IMG/VR virus record: IMGVR_UViG_3300034190_003093
Location: 62,001 to 126,000 of that record
Reading direction: 5' to 3' (one strand)
Source of the DNA: an uncultured virus (IMG/VR IMGVR_UViG_3300034190_003093)
Taxonomy: Duplodnaviria > Heunggongvirae > Uroviricota > Caudoviricetes
DNA length: 64,000 nucleotides
Positions 1-8,557 of the stretch are shown piece by piece. A program made the translations under genes and the position numbers. The notes below the pieces were generated by a model. It had not been told where the DNA came from, did not search any database, and worked only from the letters and a program-made list of their open reading frames with translations. Every line of letters starts with the position of its first letter. Position 1 is the stretch's first letter.

Positions 1-1
1 G

Positions 2-1999
2 TTGAATGCCAAAGAGCATGGAGATCAAGTTTTAAGCATTGCTGTTAAAATGAAAGCAAACATGTGGAACGGTGATCCTATTGTTGTAACCCGTACCACT
101 GATGGTTATATGATTCTTGACGGTCACCACAGATTTGCCGCTGCAAAAAAAGCTGGGCTTGAAAGTTTGCCAGCAATTGTAGTAGATGCTAGCGAACTTG
201 AACATCGCAACGATATTCCCAAAGCTAAAGTTGAAGAAGCAAGTGGCTACATTCCAACTAAAGCACAAGCAAAAGATCCTCGATTTAGTAGTGCACTCAC
301 TGTTGACGTTAAGCCAGGTGAAACACAGCGCCAGGCTGCTAAACTAGGTATGAAGATTGACAAAAAGGGCAGTCCTCCACTACTGCATGCAACAGCAGCT
401 AAAAACACCAGTGCTAACAAGGCGTATAATCTAGGGTTAGTAGAAAGTTTACAAGCAAAGTATGATGCAATTAGATCTAGCAACGTAAACGAAGAAAGCA
501 TTAATGAAAGTGTCAACGAAGTATCTAAAGAAGAATTTGACGCTATCCGAAATGGATACGTAGATATCGAATTTGATAAGAAATGGTGGCCATTAAATAA
601 TGATTACCCATTAATCAAACATATCGGTAAAGCTATTGGTGCAACTAGTTGGACTAGTTGGGGTAAAGTTGGGGTCCCATGGTCAACAACAGAAATGATC
701 GGTGGTGGTGGCACGTATATGCTTAAAGGGGACTTTGGACATATACTATTAGATGCAGCAAAGAGTTATCGCCCAGAAAAAATCTTAATGTCACAAATCT
801 CAACGTCAGAACGAGGTGCGGGCATAGGCGGTAAAGTTATGAATGCAATAAAATCATATGCAGATCAAAACAAATTACCGTTGACAGTATATAAAGTAAC
901 TAACCGGAAGTTTTTCGACAAGTTTGAATGGTTAGAAAAAACAGGCACTGATACATACGAATACAAACTTAATGAAAGTGTTAACGAAGGTTACAAGCTA
1001 CAACTAGAACGTGATGCTGATATGATGGTGTTAAACATTACTGATACCGCAACTGGCAAGCGTACAGAAGTTCGTGGTAAGAGTGGCTATGAAAGTGGTA
1101 ACTACGATGCGAATGACAAACTACATCAGCTATTAGATAGAATTAGCAAAGCATCAAACATCTCAGACTTAATCAATGGCGAAGTTGTAGGTATCAATCC
1201 TAAGCATCCTGACGGTAAGAGTGCAAAGACTGCAACAGATACAGCATTTAACGAAGATGTAAATATAGACAACAAAGAAGGTTGGGGTGCTGTTCCTAAC
1301 AACCAAGAAGTTGACTATTTTGGCATGCGTGTTAAGATGAAACCAAGTGTGTTTTTGAAATTAGCAGAAAGCAGACGTGGTGTTCCGGCAGTTGATAAAG
1401 TAGTTGATCATATCAAAAATGGTGGTGCAATTGGAGCACCTTTTCTTATTATTAGTTACACAGAAGGCAGTACAGCAGAAATCATTGGGCATGAAGGTCG
1501 CAGCAGAATGATTGCCATACAACAAGTATTTGGCGACATTCCTGTTGAAGTACATTTATTTTTTAACAGTAACACTGTTAACCGTGCAAGACATTTAACT
1601 CCAGACATTATTGCTGATATTAACAAAGCAATGTTAAGCCAGGATGACCAAGAACTTAGTGGCCCATTTTTCACAGAAAGCATTAATGAGAAGATTACAA
1701 AGCGTACCCCAATGGGTGATGTTATTGATGATTTCTACCAAAGTGATGCTCCGCAATTCAAAGGTAAAAGTAAAGCAAAGCGTAGACAAATGGCTATTGC
1801 TGCAAAATTAGCCAAAATGGATGAAAACTTTGCAGACGGTAAAGTAAAAGGCAAAAGCAAACCGGGTCGTGTAAAAGCAGCAGGTGCAAGTTGCAACGGT
1901 AGTGTAACTGATTTACGTGCTCGTGCAAAGAAATATTCAGGCGAGCGAGCTAAGATGTATCACTGGTGTGCCAATATGAAGAGTGGAAAAAAGAAATAA
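2..1999 (+). CDS. Modular probable internal head polyprotein (5'-partial): ParB/Srx-like domain, GNAT-like domain, second ParB-like domain, basic tail
   Basis: ILDGHHRFAAA (ParB/Srx), ERGAGIGGKVM (GNAT acetyl-CoA motif), GHEGRSR; modules separated by NESVNE/ESINE linkers. Confidence 0.6.
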   Translation: MNAKEHGDQVLSIAVKMKANMWNGDPIVVTRTTDGYMILDGHHRFAAAKKAGLESLPAIVVDASELEHRNDIPKAKVEEASGYIPTKAQAKDPRFSSALTVDVKPGETQRQAAKLGMKIDKKGSPPLLHATAAKNTSANKAYNLGLVESLQAKYDAIRSSNVNEESINESVNEVSKEEFDAIRNGYVDIEFDKKWWPLNNDYPLIKHIGKAIGATSWTSWGKVGVPWSTTEMIGGGGTYMLKGDFGHILLDAAKSYRPEKILMSQISTSERGAGIGGKVMNAIKSYADQNKLPLTVYKVTNRKFFDKFEWLEKTGTDTYEYKLNESVNEGYKLQLERDADMMVLNITDTATGKRTEVRGKSGYESGNYDANDKLHQLLDRISKASNISDLINGEVVGINPKHPDGKSAKTATDTAFNEDVNIDNKEGWGAVPNNQEVDYFGMRVKMKPSVFLKLAESRRGVPAVDKVVDHIKNGGAIGAPFLIISYTEGSTAEIIGHEGRSRMIAIQQVFGDIPVEVHLFFNSNTVNRARHLTPDIIADINKAMLSQDDQELSGPFFTESINEKITKRTPMGDVIDDFYQSDAPQFKGKSKAKRRQMAIAAKLAKMDENFADGKVKGKSKPGRVKAAGASCNGSVTDLRARAKKYSGERAKMYHWCANMKSGKKK

Positions 2000-2193
2000 T
2001 GTTTAGTAAACAATGCAAACTACATTTAGAAGAAACAGGCAAAACTGGCTTAGAACATATGGGCCATGCACTCAAAATTGCTGTAAGACTACAGTTGTTA
2101 GTACCCGCTCTTGTTATACATGCAGTTGCGCCCCGCCTCTTTACTGATACAGCAACCAGCGTAATGAAGGATATACTAAATGAAAATCAATGA
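1999..2193 (+). CDS. Small hypothetical protein (DUF6356-like)
   Basis: HL..G.T..EH...A and IHAVAP motifs; ATG overlaps upstream TAA. Confidence 0.5.
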   Translation: MFSKQCKLHLEETGKTGLEHMGHALKIAVRLQLLVPALVIHAVAPRLFTDTATSVMKDILNENQ

Positions 2194-2380
2194 CGTTTTA
2201 AATGAATCAACAGAAATGATGACAGAAGCACAGTTTGATGAAGCCGCTGGCGAGAAAGATGCTTGCTATCACAAAGTAAAATCACGTTATAAAGTATGGC
2301 CAAGTGCATATGCATCGGGTGCGTTAGTACAGTGCCGCAAAAAGGGTGCCGCTAATTGGGGTAATAGTAAGAAGAAGTAA
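2180..2380 (+). CDS. Small basic probable head protein with MKINDVLNE leader
   Basis: WPSAYASGALVQCRK motif typical of T4-like marine phages. Confidence 0.6.
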   Translation: MKINDVLNESTEMMTEAQFDEAAGEKDACYHKVKSRYKVWPSAYASGALVQCRKKGAANWGNSKKK

Positions 2381-2381
2381 C

Positions 2382-2780
2382 ATGCTTATAGAAGAAATTG
2401 TCACAGAGAAGTGTTGGAAAGGCTACAAAAAAGATGGTATGAAAACCATGTTTGGAAAACGTGTGCCCAACTGTGTTAAGAACGAAGAAGTAGAAGTAGA
2501 AGAAGATCTCAAAGCGTGGTTTGGCAAAGGTAAAAAAGGCGGAGCCGGAGGCGGCGGATGGGATCGTTACAATACTAAAGGCGAACGTATTGGCAAATGT
2601 GGTGATAGCAGCGAAGGCGAGGGCAAGCCTAAGTGTCTCAGTAAAAGTAAAGCTGCAAGCCTAAGAGCTAAAGGCGGCAAGAAAGCTATAGCTACCGCGG
2701 TTAATAAAAAACGTAGGCAAGATCCTGACAAAGACCGTAAAGGCAAAGCAAAGAATGTAAGCAATACCAAAGGAAAATAA
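2382..2780 (+). CDS. Basic probable head protein with MLIEEIVTE leader
   Basis: CWKGYK...VPNCV motif, Lys-rich; start reassigned to ATG 2382. Confidence 0.6.
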   Translation: MLIEEIVTEKCWKGYKKDGMKTMFGKRVPNCVKNEEVEVEEDLKAWFGKGKKGGAGGGGWDRYNTKGERIGKCGDSSEGEGKPKCLSKSKAASLRAKGGKKAIATAVNKKRRQDPDKDRKGKAKNVSNTKGK

Positions 2781-2782
2781 TA

Positions 2783-3388
2783 ATGTACACGCCAAACAGT
2801 GCAGAAGATTTTGTTTGGCAAAACATAAATCCAGATCACATATGGGTAATGGATAAACTTATACTAGCACGTAAACTAAATTATAACTGTGGCCCGGTCG
2901 GACTTGATGTTCCGCATCCGGGTTTTTATATTGTGCGCCCTTGTGTTAACATGCAAGGACTTGGACTAGGTACACAAAAAATCTGGCTTGATCAAGAAAC
3001 AATGCATCTCCCAGTGGGACATTTTTGGTGTGAGTTTTTCGAAGGCGATCATTATAGTATAGACTATTTTGAAAGCAAGCAAATGTTGTGTGTACAAGGA
3101 CGCAAGCCTGAAGATACATTTACCAAGTGGATCGACTGGCGCAGAGACGACAAATCATTTGCATTTCCTACACTGCTAACTGAACTAGTAGAACATCACC
3201 CATGGGTGAACTGTGAGTTTATAGGCAACAAGCTAATTGAAGTACACCTAAGACGCAACGAAGACTTTGACGGTAATATCAATCATTTTATCCCTGTTTG
3301 GGAAGGCGAGGATACAACACCGCCCGAAGGGTACACTTATCGTGACTATCCAGATGTTCACGGACGTATAGGTGCTTGGGTTAAATAA
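2783..3388 (+). CDS. ATP-grasp-like phage protein
   Basis: RPCVNMQGLG, WCEFFEG, NCEFIG..LIEVHLR resemble ATP-grasp motifs. Confidence 0.45.
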   Translation: MYTPNSAEDFVWQNINPDHIWVMDKLILARKLNYNCGPVGLDVPHPGFYIVRPCVNMQGLGLGTQKIWLDQETMHLPVGHFWCEFFEGDHYSIDYFESKQMLCVQGRKPEDTFTKWIDWRRDDKSFAFPTLLTELVEHHPWVNCEFIGNKLIEVHLRRNEDFDGNINHFIPVWEGEDTTPPEGYTYRDYPDVHGRIGAWVK

Positions 3389-3526
3389 ATACGTACATAG
3401 AAGAAAAGTGAATAAAAATGGTAGACATACAACATTATGTAAAAAAACTGCTTGAACACGAAGTACGTAGAGCAACGACTAACGAGCGTAATACATATTG
3501 GAAAGAATACCAAGAGGCTAAAAAAT

Positions 3527-3715
3527 ATGAAAATAAATGACATAGTAAATGAAGACTTGACATACAAAGGATATCGTTGTACAATAGATTGTTCAGGCCA
3601 CAAAGCTGGATATGCATGGGCAGCAGCTCGTAACATACAGTCAACATCAGAATGCCCAATTGGTGCATCAAACAGTTTTACCGAAGGCTGTTACAGTTAC
3701 GCACAAGGCAGATAA
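3527..3715 (+). CDS. Small probable head protein with MKINDIVNE leader
   Basis: CTIDCSGHKAGYAWA; GAGG upstream of ATG 3527. Confidence 0.55.
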   Translation: MKINDIVNEDLTYKGYRCTIDCSGHKAGYAWAAARNIQSTSECPIGASNSFTEGCYSYAQGR

Positions 3716-3726
3716 AGGAATACAGT

Positions 3727-4074
3727 ATGAAAATGTTTGAAGTAATCAACGAAGATCGAGGCCCCGAAGATATAATGCCTGCTATTGCAAGAGCTATTAA
3801 AGATCTTAAAAAGATTGATCCACAAGGCGAAGTATCTGATGAAGTTATTGCCCAAGCTGCAAAACTGTCTCGTGAGGGACAAGCAGGTGTAGGCAAAGCA
3901 GCTGGATTGCTTATCAAACAATTTGATACTCGGACTAGACCAGCAAGTGCACAAGATGTATTTGATAATTTTGTTGATACTTTTTTTCCTCCGTCTTGGG
4001 ATGATCCATTTAGTTCTGCCAATCTCAAACGTGATAAACTTGCAGACAAATACCCTAGAAAATCACGTTACTAA
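3727..4074 (+). CDS. Probable head protein with MKMFEVINE leader
   Basis: AAGGA RBS; shared leader pattern. Confidence 0.55.
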   Translation: MKMFEVINEDRGPEDIMPAIARAIKDLKKIDPQGEVSDEVIAQAAKLSREGQAGVGKAAGLLIKQFDTRTRPASAQDVFDNFVDTFFPPSWDDPFSSANLKRDKLADKYPRKSRY

Positions 4075-4075
4075 T

Positions 4076-4363
4076 ATGACAACAGATTTTACTAAAATTG
4101 AATTTGATTTATATTGTGATTGGCAAACCAATCCGCCTGCATATAGAGTATATGTCAATGACGAGATGTTTACCGAGCGCAATTATATATGGAGTGGGCC
4201 GCAATACTTAACAGAGATGTTGCAACTTGATGCCCCTGCTGGTATTTACAAGATACGCATAAAAAAACTTGACAAAGGCAAATTTAAAATACGTGGATTA
4301 AAGTGCACCGAAGGACTGGTATCTATAATAGATAATGAAACATTTGAGATATTAGCATCATGA
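4076..4363 (+). CDS. Small beta-rich hypothetical protein
   Basis: PPAYRVYVND motif resembling ORFs at 33598, 36568, 38808. Confidence 0.55.
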   Translation: MTTDFTKIEFDLYCDWQTNPPAYRVYVNDEMFTERNYIWSGPQYLTEMLQLDAPAGIYKIRIKKLDKGKFKIRGLKCTEGLVSIIDNETFEILAS

Positions 4364-4527
4364 AGATTCGAGAGTTACTAGAAGATGTAAGTACAGGCGG
4401 AACAGCAAGTGGTAGTATTGCCACAGTTTCGGCACCATTAGGTTCAGTTATTTCTCGCAGCAAGCCCACTGTGAAAAAGATTAAACGAAAATATGCCAAC
4501 ACAGTACGGGCTGTTAAGTATGATTGA
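4360..4527 (+). CDS. 55-aa probable head protein with MKIRELLE leader (not in ORF track)
   Basis: Hand translation MKIRELLEDVSTGGTASGSIATV...KYD*; ATGA overlap with upstream stop. Confidence 0.6.
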   Translation: MKIRELLEDVSTGGTASGSIATVSAPLGSVISRSKPTVKKIKRKYANTVRAVKYD

Positions 4528-5554
4528 AATGTTTCCGGCTAAACAGTACCAAGGGAAGTACTGTTTGTCACCATTTGTTATGATCGAGGTTACCCTAGAG
4601 GGCGATGTTCGAATGTGTGGATGTAACCGATGGATGCCAACTACCATTGGAAATTTAAAAGAAAACACACTAAAGGAATTGTTGTCGTCTGAACTGGCAC
4701 AAAAAATTAGACAAAGTATCATTGATGGATCTTATGTTTATTGTGATGCAGATTGGTGTGCTGTAATTGCTAACAACGGGCTAAACAAGATCAAGTCAGT
4801 GCCGCCGAACATAAGAGAACTATTCGACGATCCATCAAAATTTGAAATGCCTCATCATATTAGTTTCAATGGGGACCAAACTTGTAATCTAAGTTGTCCT
4901 AGCTGCCGACGTCATATTATAAAAACTCCATTATCAAAACAAGAAGAACAGCGCAAGCTAGGCGAAACTCTTTCTAACAACTTGTTTGCTGACGCAACAG
5001 ATAAAAAAATAAAAATAGAACTTGGCGGGGCAGGTGAAGTGTTTGCTAGTCCTATGTTAATGGATTTTGTAAACTCAATTGATATTGATAAATTTCCCAA
5101 TGTAGAATTTGACTTTGGTACAAATGGGTTGCTGTGCGAACAAAACTGGCATCGATTCGGAAACAAAGTTAATAACATTAACAAAATAACTGTAAGTATT
5201 GATGCATCACAAGCCGACACATACGAAAAAATACGCCGCGGTGGGAAATGGCCAAAGTTACTACAAGCAATGCATTTTTTACAAAACAAGAAACATGAAT
5301 TAGGTTTTAAATTACATACCAGGATGATTTTACAACAGCAAAATTATCAAGAAATAGAACCATTTTACTATTTTTGCAAGGAATTTGATGTAGACATAGT
5401 GGAATATTCTAAATTGCAAATGTGGGGCTCTTGGTCGCTTGAGGAATACAACTTCCATCATGTGTTTAGTCCTGTGCACCCTGAATACGAACCAGCACAA
5501 ATCGAACTTGCTAAAGTTAGAGACTTTTCTGATACATGGTTTGCCGGATTATAA
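4520..5554 (+). CDS. Radical SAM protein with N-terminal SPASM/twitch-like domain
   Basis: CNLSCPSC motif; N-terminal C..PF...CGC...C..C. Confidence 0.85.
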   Translation: MIEMFPAKQYQGKYCLSPFVMIEVTLEGDVRMCGCNRWMPTTIGNLKENTLKELLSSELAQKIRQSIIDGSYVYCDADWCAVIANNGLNKIKSVPPNIRELFDDPSKFEMPHHISFNGDQTCNLSCPSCRRHIIKTPLSKQEEQRKLGETLSNNLFADATDKKIKIELGGAGEVFASPMLMDFVNSIDIDKFPNVEFDFGTNGLLCEQNWHRFGNKVNNINKITVSIDASQADTYEKIRRGGKWPKLLQAMHFLQNKKHELGFKLHTRMILQQQNYQEIEPFYYFCKEFDVDIVEYSKLQMWGSWSLEEYNFHHVFSPVHPEYEPAQIELAKVRDFSDTWFAGL

Positions 5555-5568
5555 AATAGGAGTTTTTA

Positions 5569-5733
5569 ATGAGTCAAAAAACTTGTGCTGCGTTTTTTTG
5601 CAGTAATCGAACTAATTCAAAGTATAGATACTGTTATAACTGTGCTAAACGCAAAGGGCTTGTCGGCAACAATGGCATTGGGATAACAGGATGGTTCATA
5701 CTTATTGTATTGTTAATAGCACTTTTTGGATAA
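5569..5733 (+). CDS. 54-aa Cys-rich membrane microprotein (not in ORF track)
   Basis: AGGAG RBS; C-x4-C...CYNC then a hydrophobic C-terminal helix. Confidence 0.55.
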   Translation: MSQKTCAAFFCSNRTNSKYRYCYNCAKRKGLVGNNGIGITGWFILIVLLIALFG

Positions 5734-5739
5734 TCATTT

Positions 5740-5765
5740 AATAAATACAAGCACAAGATAAATAC
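5740..5765 (+). promoter_or_regulatory. Tandem T4-like late promoters (ATAAATAC)
   Basis: Two ATAAATAC copies upstream of dps. Confidence 0.55.
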
Positions 5766-5792
5766 TCTTATAATAACCAAACAGGAAACATA

Positions 5793-6236
5793 ATGTTAGC
5801 AGATGATCTAAAAACGCTATTGGCAACAGAATACGCATTTGTAATTAAAGCACAGAACTTTCACTGGAATGTTGAAGGTCCAGACTTTGCACAGTACCAT
5901 CAGTTCTTTGGAGACTTGTACAGCGAAGTGTACGAAAACACAATTGATCAGACAGCTGAATATATTAGAACCCTCGACGTATACACTCCGGGATCATTTG
6001 AAAGATTTGGAGAGCTTAGTGTTATCAGTGGCCAGACAAAAATTCCACGGGCTATGCTAATGATACAAGAATTAGCCGACGACAACAATGCAATGTTGCA
6101 AATACTAACACAAACTTTCAAATCAGCCGTGGATGAAAACAACGAAGGCATTGCTAACTTTATTGCTGAAAGGCTAGATGCACATAACAAACACGGATGG
6201 ATGTTACGCAGTTTTCTCAAAGGAAGTAGAGCATAA
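5793..6236 (+). CDS. dps: Dps/ferritin-like DNA protection protein
   Basis: FHWNVEG.DF..YH, D..AE, H.K..WML ferroxidase motifs. Confidence 0.92.
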   Translation: MLADDLKTLLATEYAFVIKAQNFHWNVEGPDFAQYHQFFGDLYSEVYENTIDQTAEYIRTLDVYTPGSFERFGELSVISGQTKIPRAMLMIQELADDNNAMLQILTQTFKSAVDENNEGIANFIAERLDAHNKHGWMLRSFLKGSRA

Positions 6237-7336
6237 TGAGTAATGTAGACCCAAAAGAAGTTTCAAGTTTTGCAGACCTAGTCGCCAAGATGAATCAGCT
6301 AGAAAGCGGAGAAAGTGTTTCTTCGTCTAAGCCACATCATCTTGAAGAAGGTTTGGCAGCAAACGACATGAGTGCAATCCTTGAGAATATGTATCGTGAG
6401 ACACCTTTTGAAAGTGCCAAAGCTCTACCAGCAGAGTACGACATGCCAAATCAAAGTCCAGTACTGGGCAGCGACGAAGAAAAGAATGTTTATGGCGATT
6501 ACTTTGTTGGCGAAAATATCAATCCTGAAGATGTAGGTGAATACGATCAAGAAGGCGATATGGCCAAAGGCGATCTTAATAGAGCTGCGGATGCTGCACT
6601 AGAGCTCGAAAGTATCTTGTCCGATGGTGACAACTTGCCTGAATGGGTACAAGCAAAGATTACCAAAGCACTCGACTATCTTGACACAGCTCGTGATTAC
6701 ATGAAAAACGAATTGGACGAAGGCTATAAAGTTATGCCTCCAATGGATGACAAGTATCAAGCACGTAAAGGACTTGAAGGTCCATTCACTACACTGAGTG
6801 GCAAAGTTGTTTATTACGATCCAAAAGAAGGCATGTACTACGATCCGGACACTGATATGTACATTAGCTATGATGATTTTCAAGCATTGGATAACGATTA
6901 CAGTGATATGAAAGAAGGTTCCAACCCAGGCGACGAAGAGTCATGGGACGGTGTAAGCCCGGGTACTAGCCAAGTTGCCGGGGGAGGCAACAGTGGATAT
7001 AAAGGCCCAGTTGCCCCTGAGGGGTCAGTTGATCCTACACAATTATCAAAAATGACCAAAGAAGATCAAGTTAGCAAAAAGCGTAGTATTATGGACTACC
7101 TTAGAGATGTTGACACAAGTGCAGTACAAGAAGTAATCAAAGAACCAGTTAAGAGCTATAAAGCTGCTAACGGTAAATCACTCAAAATCTTCGGCAACGA
7201 AGATGACGGATATAGAGTAAAGATTAACGGAAAAGAATCTAAAAGTTCATTCGGTAAACTTGCGGATGCCGTACAAGCATGCGAGTCCTTTATACAAAAG
7301 ACTACGCCACACAATTTAGATTATATGGATGAATAA
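6236..7336 (+). CDS. Acidic modular probable internal head protein
   Basis: LPEWVQAKITKA and YYDPKEG.YYD modules; xxE linkers (LEEG, LDEG, MKEG). Confidence 0.5.
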   Translation: MSNVDPKEVSSFADLVAKMNQLESGESVSSSKPHHLEEGLAANDMSAILENMYRETPFESAKALPAEYDMPNQSPVLGSDEEKNVYGDYFVGENINPEDVGEYDQEGDMAKGDLNRAADAALELESILSDGDNLPEWVQAKITKALDYLDTARDYMKNELDEGYKVMPPMDDKYQARKGLEGPFTTLSGKVVYYDPKEGMYYDPDTDMYISYDDFQALDNDYSDMKEGSNPGDEESWDGVSPGTSQVAGGGNSGYKGPVAPEGSVDPTQLSKMTKEDQVSKKRSIMDYLRDVDTSAVQEVIKEPVKSYKAANGKSLKIFGNEDDGYRVKINGKESKSSFGKLADAVQACESFIQKTTPHNLDYMDE

Positions 7337-7338
7337 TA

Positions 7339-8067
7339 ATGCGTTTTTTAGATTTATTTGAAGATAATACACCAGTCTCTGAATCAGATATCCCGGCTAA
7401 GTTTGAAATTAACCCGGCACAAAGAAAGCTTGCAAACATTGGTCGCAAGCTAATGGATAAAGCGGCAACAACCAAGGACGATGCATTATCAACTGCACTT
7501 AGCCGAGTGGGCAATGAACTAACTTCTTACGGTGCATCATTTGGTGCTAGCAGCATTCAAGAACTAGAAAAGAGAACGGGCGTTAGTCGTACTAGTATCA
7601 TGAAGATGATGGACTACGGCAAGAAAATGCTGGAAAAAGAGGGCGTTAGCGAAGCAGAAGGCGATGTAGAGTACGACTCTGGATGGCAAGATTACAAAGG
7701 CGAAAAGAAAGACCAATTTGGCAATATTATTAAGACTAAAAATCTTGCCAAGTCTTTAGCAAAATCTGCCAAGAAAGACTTTGCTAACAAGAAAGGCGTC
7801 AACGAAGGCGCTATGTCACAAGACATGTGGGATAGTGTTAACCGTGGCGACAAACTTACAATTAGTTATGACTCAGCTATTAGCAAAGACAACAAGCGTA
7901 CATTTACTGTTGTTGCTAAGAACATTGTTGGCAAAGCCAAGGTTGGTAAAATTACAATGCGCCCTGATGAAGGAAACGGGAAGTTCTTTCTATACAATCG
8001 CAATGGAAGAATTAGTCTTGCAATGGGCGACATGGCCGCAGACATGACTGGTGTGGAACTTAACTAA
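7339..8067 (+). CDS. Probable head protein with MRFLDLFE leader
   Basis: Leader plus VSES/VSEA/VNEG linkers. Confidence 0.5.
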   Translation: MRFLDLFEDNTPVSESDIPAKFEINPAQRKLANIGRKLMDKAATTKDDALSTALSRVGNELTSYGASFGASSIQELEKRTGVSRTSIMKMMDYGKKMLEKEGVSEAEGDVEYDSGWQDYKGEKKDQFGNIIKTKNLAKSLAKSAKKDFANKKGVNEGAMSQDMWDSVNRGDKLTISYDSAISKDNKRTFTVVAKNIVGKAKVGKITMRPDEGNGKFFLYNRNGRISLAMGDMAADMTGVELN

Positions 8068-8104
8068 AATAATTCATCCTTAAAACTCCTATATAAGTAG
8101 TTGT

Positions 8105-8191
8105 GTAGCCTTAGGACCGATGTCTAATGGCTGCTGGCGGGACCTGCCCTGAACATTTAAGATATCGCTACCCTTAATGTTTGAAGTGCCA
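8105..8191 (+). ncRNA. Candidate structured ncRNA
   Basis: GC-richer intergenic multi-hairpin downstream of a TATAAGTA late-type promoter. Confidence 0.45.
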
Positions 8192-8223
8192 TAATCTAAT
8201 TTACGAGTAGGCAAACTATTCTA

Positions 8224-8252
8224 TTGACAATCTGCAACAACTGTACTACAAT
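8224..8252 (+). promoter_or_regulatory. Sigma70-type early promoter
   Basis: TTGACA-17nt-TACAAT. Confidence 0.75.
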
Positions 8253-8278
8253 AAACAAACAAACATAAGGATCATACT

Positions 8279-8530
8279 ATGAATTTTGACAGCAATTCTA
8301 AAACTAAACTAACACAGATTATCAATGAAGGCATGCAAGTTATGAGTGAAGTCGAAGCACTCAATGCAGGACTGTCAGACACAATCAAAGCCATTGGTGA
8401 GGAACTGCAAATCAAGCCCAGTGTCTTGAAAAAAGCAATTCGCATTGCACACAAAGCCAGCTATGCTGCTGAAAAAGAAGATCAAGAACTTCTTGAAGAA
8501 ATCCTAACAACAGCAGGCCGCACACTTTAA
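8279..8530 (+). CDS. T4 DsbA/GapR-like small dsDNA-binding protein
   Basis: 83-aa helical protein directly upstream of DNA polymerase; DTIK...E.....P..LKKAI pattern. Confidence 0.55.
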   Translation: MNFDSNSKTKLTQIINEGMQVMSEVEALNAGLSDTIKAIGEELQIKPSVLKKAIRIAHKASYAAEKEDQELLEEILTTAGRTL

Positions 8531-8557
8531 CTTAACTTATAGTATAATGGAATCATC

